Made by a program: the position numbers and the translations under genes
Notes under the pieces: generated by a model
Told to the model about the DNA's origin: nothing
Databases searched by the model: none
Seen by the model: the letters and a program-made list of their open reading frames with translations, nothing else
NCBI GenBank assembly: GCA_030141605.1
Contig: JAQGDQ010000528.1
Coordinates: forward strand, 89,365-153,364
Source: Tubiluchus corallicola
Lineage: Eukaryota > Animalia > Priapulida
Length of the DNA stretch: 64,000 bases
Reading direction: 5' to 3'
Shown: in pieces, positions 55,926-64,000 of the stretch
Numbering within the stretch: position 1 is the first letter of the stretch
How the letters are laid out: each line of letters begins with the position of its first letter

Positions 55926-56996
55926 ATCTTTTGCAGATGTAATGCGTGCTTAATGTATTTTTAACTATGCAGACTTATGGAAGATTCTGGTTTGCAAGCA
56001 CACAAGTCGCGATCTATAATACATGCCTGTAATACATGATTTAGTGAAATATGTATGCAGCAAAAAAGTCTATTAATTATTTTACAAAAAACTGAAAACA
56101 CTGATTATTGAAAGATCGTTTACATATATTTACCATGTAGTACCGTGAGTTGATGAATTTGTAGGCATTTTTTTTGATGTAAATGTACACGTGTGTCTTG
56201 GTTCATAGAAACCATAATATATTTTCTTCTTATCATTCAAAACTCTGCAAAGCAAACTGACATGGATTCTGATTACGTGCGAATTTATTGCGTCAGTAAG
56301 TTAATGAATTTCATAAAGTTTGAAATAATAGTTTATTGTATAAACCAAAAATTACTTTTACCTGACTCTGTGATACTCCAATCCAAAGGACAAAAATAAA
56401 CCATAATAGAAAACAATGAGTTTACTGCATGATTTATTGTAGAGTGAACGTAGTAAAACAGTTCGTCAAGGACACAGGTTCAATTCCGTCAGAAACAAGT
56501 CGAGTTTTTCAACATTTTCAAAAGCAAAAATTTAAACTTTATCCATTTTTGAATCACATAAGATCCGGCAATAATAATAGCAAATTTATAAACTATTTCA
56601 CTCACAAGCTATAGAGTGAAAGCATTGTGAATGATGTAAACTCTTACAGAGGTTTACAAGCATAGTGTTATTACAGTTATCAAACGATTCGCTTTATTTT
56701 TCCACATTGTTATGATCGTTATTAGCTATACTAACCGATCCAAAATGTTTCTCCTTCTTGACCTTCCCTCAAATCACAAACTTTTCATTTCCTTGATTGT
56801 TTAACACTTTTCCAACTCCTCTGGTACATTAGACGTGTAACAGTTATTCCAAATCTAATATTAAAACAAACGTTTCCAGGTTTGTTTGTTGTATAAGTGT
56901 GGTATGACTTTTGAGTTTAATTGCTTTTGTCCAAAAGAAATTTTTACTGAATTGTTGAAAAAGAAAGAATTTTTGGAGGCAGCGGGTTGATGCAAC

Positions 56997-57031
<35 letters not shown>

Positions 57032-57050
57032 GTCGTCGTCGTCGTCGTCG

Positions 57051-57081
<31 letters not shown>

Positions 57082-57306
57082 ACGCTCGTCACGTCTATTG
57101 TACACATTGGCAGGCAGAATTCTAAAATAAAAGAAATCTGCCTTCAGAAAGTTAAACGCAGCAGTAATCCAGTGCCTACGCCAGTGGCTTACTTCCGGTT
57201 GATGCAACTAAATGTGTACAATTTGAAAATCTTTGTTTCTTCATTTGTACATTTACACTTTTGTTTGATTTTTGACTTGTGTTTGAACCTGAAGTTTTTA
57301 CATTCA

Positions 57307-58643
57307 TAGTTTAGTCCCATTTTCAGAAAAGTGGAACACTAGCAGCATTCTTTCTGAAAGTGGACAACATAACTAGTCTTACCAATTTGTCTATGCTGAA
57401 TCTGAAAAACGCTATTGTTAGCTCGAGAAATTACCGGAAAAGGACTAAAATGCAAAAAACAAAAGGGTCACCAAGATTTTGCACAAACTTACAATACTTT
57501 GCACGAAGCTAAAGCCCATCAAGGTGATCAATCTTGGACATGAAACCAAACAAAAACAATCCAATATTGTTGCCATTTCAGAATGGCCTAGAAGATGGAA
57601 GGCTATCGCTAGTTTTTTAAAGTTGTAGCTTAGCTGCCAGAAAGTTGGTAAACATTAGACCCTTAAACACCAAAATCTTTACCTGACCCGTTCTAATAGT
57701 TAAGATATAACTGTTAGCGAGTCATCTTATTGGTCATCTTAAAAATGGCGCACATACTGGAAGATTTTTTTTATCCTAAAATTAATCACCATGACGGGTT
57801 CTTGCGATGTGCAAAATTTCATAACTTTTAGACATAAGTAATCCGGCGGCCATTTCTTTGCTCATTTTTTATTAGTTATTAGTCTAGCGGTATTTAGATT
57901 CAACAAAGTTGATTTAATAAAAATGACTTGCTTTTTGTTTTCATAATAAATCTTTAGGTGAAATAGGTAATATGATTGATCAGCATCATTTCTTTTTGTG
58001 TGGCGACCATTTTAAAACCCGATACCATTTTTGTAACAAAAGTAACAGAAATGGATTGCGAAGGCCCTAGAATAGATGTCGTCGTCGCTTCAAAATAAAA
58101 ATTTTCTGAGAACTTGTTTTGATTTACACTCTCTGCACAAGAAGTTGCAACCATTTTGTTTTTCTGCACCTTTGACCATTTACCGTTAGTTCTTCAAGGC
58201 CGTAACAACTTTTCTCGGATTCAGGTCGTATTGACAAGAACGGCGTAGAAACAATTGTTCGTGATTTTCTTGTAATCTAATGGCGGCCATTTGGAAAACA
58301 GTAGCCATTTTTGAAGCGAAAATTATAAAAATAGGTTCCACGGGTTTAACTACCTTGGACTAGATCTCATAAAGGCTTTCTAATGTTAATTTTCTTGAAA
58401 TTTATTTTAATTTTACATTATATGTTAAAAAACTTGGGGGCCATTTTGTTATTTGCCTTTTCAACATCGTTCAGCTAATTTTTCGAGTTGCCAACAGCTT
58501 TTTCCAATTCAGCGTACTCAAACTAATAGGACTGGCAATTTTTCTCACTTTTAGGAAAAAACCTAGATATATTTTACCTAGAACTTTGTTTTTAGCTAAA
58601 CTTTATATATGTGCTTACTTTTTTAGTGTTTGGGCCTATACTA
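57307..58643. mobile_element. Possible non-autonomous DNA element with imperfect TIRs
   Basis: tagtttagtccca vs tgggcctatacta; subterminal atgctgaatctgaaaaacgct vs agctttttccaattcagcgt; repeated (aaaa)tggcggccatttt motifs inside. Confidence 0.45.
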
Positions 58644-59125
58644 TCAAGTTTGCTGGCTACCAGTTTATAATTTTGTGGCAACAAACCCTTTGCTGTAACG
58701 TACATGAATAGTTTTGTAATTTCAAACATGGTATCTTTGCCCGTCATGTCTACTGAGTAGAATTGTATGTTTTAAAATGAAGGCGAAAGCTGTCCACCAT
58801 GATCTTAATGTTTATTTAACGTGAATAAGGATACGTCATCTTATGTATGTACATTGACTGAAATGTACGTCCACACAAAATTGTAATAAATTTTTGTAAA
58901 AATCAATGTGATTTATTTGGTGCTTCCTTGATATTTTTCGTACAAGCCGCTAATGCAATTTCACTCTTGATATTCGTCTTGATATTCGTACGTGACCTCG
59001 TTTCTCGGCCTTCAATAACTTTGCCAAAATCGCACTTAGTTTCTTTCATCAGCTTCAGTATCTTTCACGAAGTTGCCACATCCGTGCACTTGGCAAATCT
59101 GTCCTTATTTATCGAGGGAAATTTC

Positions 59126-62092
59126 CTATTTCTTAAATATTGCGCTTCCCTTTTTGTTTCCGTAGAAACTTTCACGTCTGAAATAGAAAAGAGAAATACA
59201 CTTACAATCACACGAATGAGCCACACGAGTACTGAATTCGTTTGATAAAAACTTCGGCCAGAGCTCAATGAGAAGTGATGGTTGTTATGGTTGTGTTTGG
59301 TTGTTGGATCGTATTGCGCAAGTTACGACTACTTACCACGTGATGATCATAAATAGCATCTGTATCCAGTGAACTACATACTATAAGAGTTAATTCTTAC
59401 CTGACGTCATTTTCAATTAACTTGGGCAAATCTTCAATATCTGTTGCCGACGTTGTCGCAGGAGTTGATTCCCCCTAAAAACATGTTATAAACCAGGTGC
59501 TATAATAAACATGTGCCTACTGCACCGTCCTTCTACTTTCAAGCCAGCCTGAGCACTAATTAGCGTTTTTGTTGTCGTTTACGTCGCTTCGTTTGCGTTA
59601 TTAAAAACTGACAGATTCTTTGGGTTATTAAAAAGTCAATATAGTTTGTAGTAGATTCCTGTGATTTTTTTTTTATTAGACCGAAGTCTTTTTCTAATTA
59701 GATTTTTGCTATAGTCAATATAGTTCAAGATAAAAAATAAGTAAAAATTTCAAATCTTATTCAACTCTCAAGGCTTAATATCCACCTGACTATCCACAAT
59801 AAAGCAATGTAAAACAATGTCCAATATCGATCTCCTTCCCCCATTCCACCTAGCCAATAACGACACAAGCATGCGGGTCACGTGACCCCTATTCTGGTCA
59901 TGGAGGAAAAAGGACAGCGACGCTTAGTTACATACAGTCGCTGGGACAACAGACAACATTTTAGCTGTAGGCTACTACAGTATAAGCGACCTTGAACGAA
60001 TACAACAATACTGATTCGCCACAAATAAGAAACAAAAATAACAACTGTTTGCGCCAGTACAGGAGGTCGTGAGATTCGATCTCTGGTTGCAAGCAGAGAA
60101 CCACCCACAATCCATACCTGAACAACTCTGCCAACCGAACAGGAACGTGAAAAACATAAAATAAGAACGTATTTTAAATGCAATAATAAATATATTGTGG
60201 TAAAATATAGTTATGTAGTGCAGAAGAAAAATCGTATTAATTTACAAAATGATATTATGCGCATGTTCTATATGTATGCAGGTTTAATATATATACATAC
60301 TTTGGAATGAGCTAATGAATAAGTAGGTAATAGAATATGTATAATAGTAATAGAATAGAAATAATAATAATAGTCTCTTCATCTTGTAATAAGTTGTAAT
60401 ATTGAAAATAAATGACAGTTTTTTATTTAAATATATATCTGACAAAAACTGCAAAGGTACTTCAAAAACGTTTTGCATTCTGATTGAATTTAAATAAATA
60501 TGAAAAAAATGAAATAAGATGGCGTCGTCGAAGCAAGACATCACTATATTTTTCAGCATGAGTATGCAAAATATATGTAAAATGTTTATCTGATAACTAA
60601 TGCCAAGGCATTTGCTCTAAAATTTCTATACCTATTTTCCGGCTACTAAATCGAAGACATATAATTATAATAATTATCGTATTAATTAATAAAGCGATTT
60701 TATACCGCAAACATCACTGTCTTGGATGGCTTCGTTGTTTTTCCTGGTGAGATTATAGATCCTAAAAAAAGACCAACAAAAGCAGCTCTCAGTATATAGT
60801 TACTGGTTACCATATCGTGATTCACATTAAACCAATCATATTGCACTTGGGGCGATGTGCCAGTTACTTTCACCCCCTCTAGAGTGTTAAGAACTCTATC
60901 AAATAATATCTGTGAAAGTTATTTATGAAGTTGAAATTGAACACTTGCAGAAAACAACTAAACACAAGATTACATGTTGGCACAAAACTGAAACACTTTT
61001 ATTGCACTAAATACACAGTGAAATGCACAAGTAAAATGAAGATGACAACTGCTGCACAGCACTGAGTGTGTGACAGAGAGACAGTGTGTCCCATGAGTTG
61101 CACGACTACACTGCCTGAGACAGAGAGTGACTAGCAGTGAAATCTAGCCAGTTTATATATATGTAGAGAACTATGCAAAAACTTGGCTTCACATATCCCA
61201 TTACAGTAAAATAGGGGAGATACAGTAAGTTTGAATATTCACTGGACCGAACAATTGTACTAAGGGTGAGTTGAACTAGTAAATGTTAAAGTGACTAATC
61301 AATAGATGGCAGCACCTAAACTATACAGTTACAACTTTCACAATATCATTGCATGCAGTTATAAATGTTGCGGCTAAGCTGCAGCAGCACCTGTTCCGCT
61401 GGCATGAAGGACGCTTGAAAAGACAGCTATGAAAATTATTAATCTTCACTTCCAACATTCTGTTTATCTGTTTTATTATTACCATTATTGCAATCATAGT
61501 GCTGACAGCGCCGATGAGTATAAATCATTAAACGAAATGACAGCAGAAAAAACTTAGTAATGAACTTACCAGATGACTTCGCTTGCATCTTCTCAGTTAG
61601 TGGAACAGATGCTGAAATGATATATGCCCTCACTGAACCACAGAACCCAAGTATGCTAAGACAAATTATAGTACTATCATACGTAGGCTTCGTAATGGAC
61701 AGAATCATTGCAAAATAGAAGGGATAACTGAGAAACTGGCTTCAGTTCTATGTCAGTCCCTGTATAAACGACATCAACTAAAACTAGTCCAGAATCGAGT
61801 TTTTACTGCCCTAGTTAACTAGAAATATGTTTCAGAAGACCAGTTGAGTCTGCAATGAATCCATTTTTTCTAAAAATCTAGTCTATACAGTGTAGCTCCA
61901 TTGTAGACACCGCAAAATTAAAAACAACAACAATGACGTCATCACCATTATTATCATGGCAAAATAAACGTTTGTATAGACTTGATTTGCAAGACAGAAA
62001 CAAAAAAATAAGAATGTCAGGAAAAATGAATGTGAGTTACTTACTCGTAGAAAGCTGACTTCTATCATTGTGAGGTCGAACAGTCCTCGAAG
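59126..62092 (-). CDS. Probable 3' exons (Ser/Thr-rich tail) of an upstream gene
   Basis: Small AG/GT-flanked exons 62045-62092, 61570-61611, 60706-60761, 59401-59474, 59126-59177 have compatible phases (1,1,1,0,2) and splice to SRTVRPHNDRSQLST-TSVPLTEKMQAKSS-GSIISPGKTTKPSKTVMFA-GESTPATTSATDIEDLPKLIENDV-RRESFYGNKKGSAIFKK*. Confidence 0.55.
60911..61342 (-). mobile_element. Solo LTR with 5-bp TSD
   Basis: TGTGAAAGTT...AACTTTCACA termini flanked by ATATC on both sides; minus-strand TATATAAA (~61159) and AATAAA (~61003). Confidence 0.85.
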
Positions 62093-64000
62093 CTGCAAAA
62101 TATTCATTAAATAAACAAATATTGAAAGTCAAACTAAACCCTCACTACAATATAAGTTTTTACAACTAAAAATCCTATTCTTACTTCGGATATTCAATTT
62201 AGTTTATTATAAACTTACTGTAAAAGTTATTTTGTCAGATATTCATTAAATTTATTAAATTAGCAGCACTAAATTTGAAGACCCGCCATTTTTTATTCTC
62301 CGCGATGAATGTCGTTATAAGTGCAGTCACGAGGTCACCAAAAATCGGTAAGCAAATATCGGTCACCATCGACGCTTTTTGGACTTCGTAGTATGTACGT
62401 CATTTTTGCTCACTCGCGCCAAAATACTGGAGGATTTTACGGCAATAAACGCATTCGAAATTCGCCAGGCAAAGGTGAATTATTAACTCCTTCAGGACTC
62501 TAAGCGGTTGCTGCATTTAGCATGGGTTCATGAGAAACTGCTCTCCCTAAGCAGTGATTACGTTACATTTGATGATTTTTGTAGTTTTCTGCTCCTCACA
62601 GAATGGACTTTCATGCAGAAATATAATTGACGTCAAACATATTGGTCGGTCTATCGCTCCTCCCCTGCTGTAATGTAAGCACATTCAGCGACATTCGGGA
62701 CAACAGCTCACGCTGGACAACAACCGTCAAAAACTAAACTAAACAACATGACAGTCACAATTAACGTTTAATCAGCAGATAAACTGATTGCACTTTTTCA
62801 TAAACATAAATTTGCAGAGCAGCAGCTATTTTTACACGAAATTAACACTTCAAGTTGCCAAAAAATGACTTTTTAATTTAAACATAATGTAGAGACGAAG
62901 TTTCAAAGCACTACAAAATACAGAGACATAAGCATAATAAAGAAACTAAGCCAGTTAGCATTGCTTTACAATAAACGGACAACAAAATATATTTACGAAA
63001 GTCTCTTTTGCCTTTGAGTATACGAACACATCATACCTGCGACGTATTTTTTCTAATTTTAACTAATTATGTGGTCGTTAGCAAGTTTATCCACTCTTTG
63101 CATTTTTTCAACTGTTTGTTAGACTACAGAAATGGAATAAATTTGACTATATTTTCTTCCTCAAACGATCTTGCCCAAGTTACGTAAGTCAAAGGTCCCA
63201 CTGGCATCTTAAATTATTATTATAGCCAGGAAAATAGCATAAAATTGACTATTTCAGGATACAAATTTTACGTTGACATACAACATAAATTTTAACCACA
63301 TTTGAATTAATTTGGACCGTGAATATCTTATTGAGGTTTATAAAAACTGACCAGAAAAGAAAGCATTTTGCCTGAATGGGAAGTCTTATGAGTTTGGTCG
63401 CTTACCACATAATCCTGACTGTTGTCACGGATTCCCGTAGATGAGTTCATCTCTGTCGCTGGGCTTCAACTGTTGCTAACTGGCCATTCTTACAACCTGC
63501 GCAAATCTACTTAAAAGCGCTCACGCTGTAATTTTTACATGCATGTTAACCTTGAATCATTTATACCCGTCAACTCGGGCTTCAATCTAAAGTTATAAAT
63601 TTCATTGTCACCTCTGTTCAAGTAGGTCATTTTACATTTGTCTTCATTAAAGAAGCGTCATATGATCGACCTAATTAACATCGTTAAGTTAATTTGTATT
63701 TTTAAAGTTAATACTTGTCTTCATCTAGCTTGCAAGGTCATACATAAAACTAAACTGCGTATTTTATTAATACTGTAGCAAAATCAGTAACTCACAGACA
63801 CAAGCGCTGCTCATTTCTTCCTATAAAAACGAAATTATACTATGTATTTCCACTAATTCACCTGCAATTTTAATCGACAATACAGATAATCGACAATCTG
63901 GAAAAAGAACTAGAACCATGCTGACTTCTCTGTCGCAAATTTATGAAAATTTTAGCATTTTTCATAAGAATATAACATATAATATAACATATACCGACAA

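Overview
AT-rich, intron-rich animal (invertebrate-type) genomic DNA; the organism cannot be determined from the sequence. The window holds a tandem cluster of three paralogous minus-strand genes, reconstructed exon by exon, that encode single-pass surface proteins with the architecture signal peptide - Cys cap + ~5-6 divergent LRRs - LRRCT - atypical Ig-like domain - n x Notch-type EGF - (S/T stalk) - TM - short tail. Gene A (52762->36220) has 10 intact EGF exons plus 1 pseudo-exon, gene B (33675->~16808) has 2, and gene C (12441->beyond the left edge) has at least 6. EGF number varies through duplication of 114-bp phase-1/1 exon cassettes. A chain of small exons at 59.1-62.1 kb looks like the 3' end of a further upstream gene. 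Introns contain LINE/SINE remnants, MITEs, a solo LTR, minisatellites, an inverted LTR pair with a tRNA-Leu primer-binding site, and a repeat family carrying a degenerate hammerhead ribozyme motif. Coordinates were read by hand; exon boundaries were checked for splice dinucleotides and frame, repeat boundaries are approximate.
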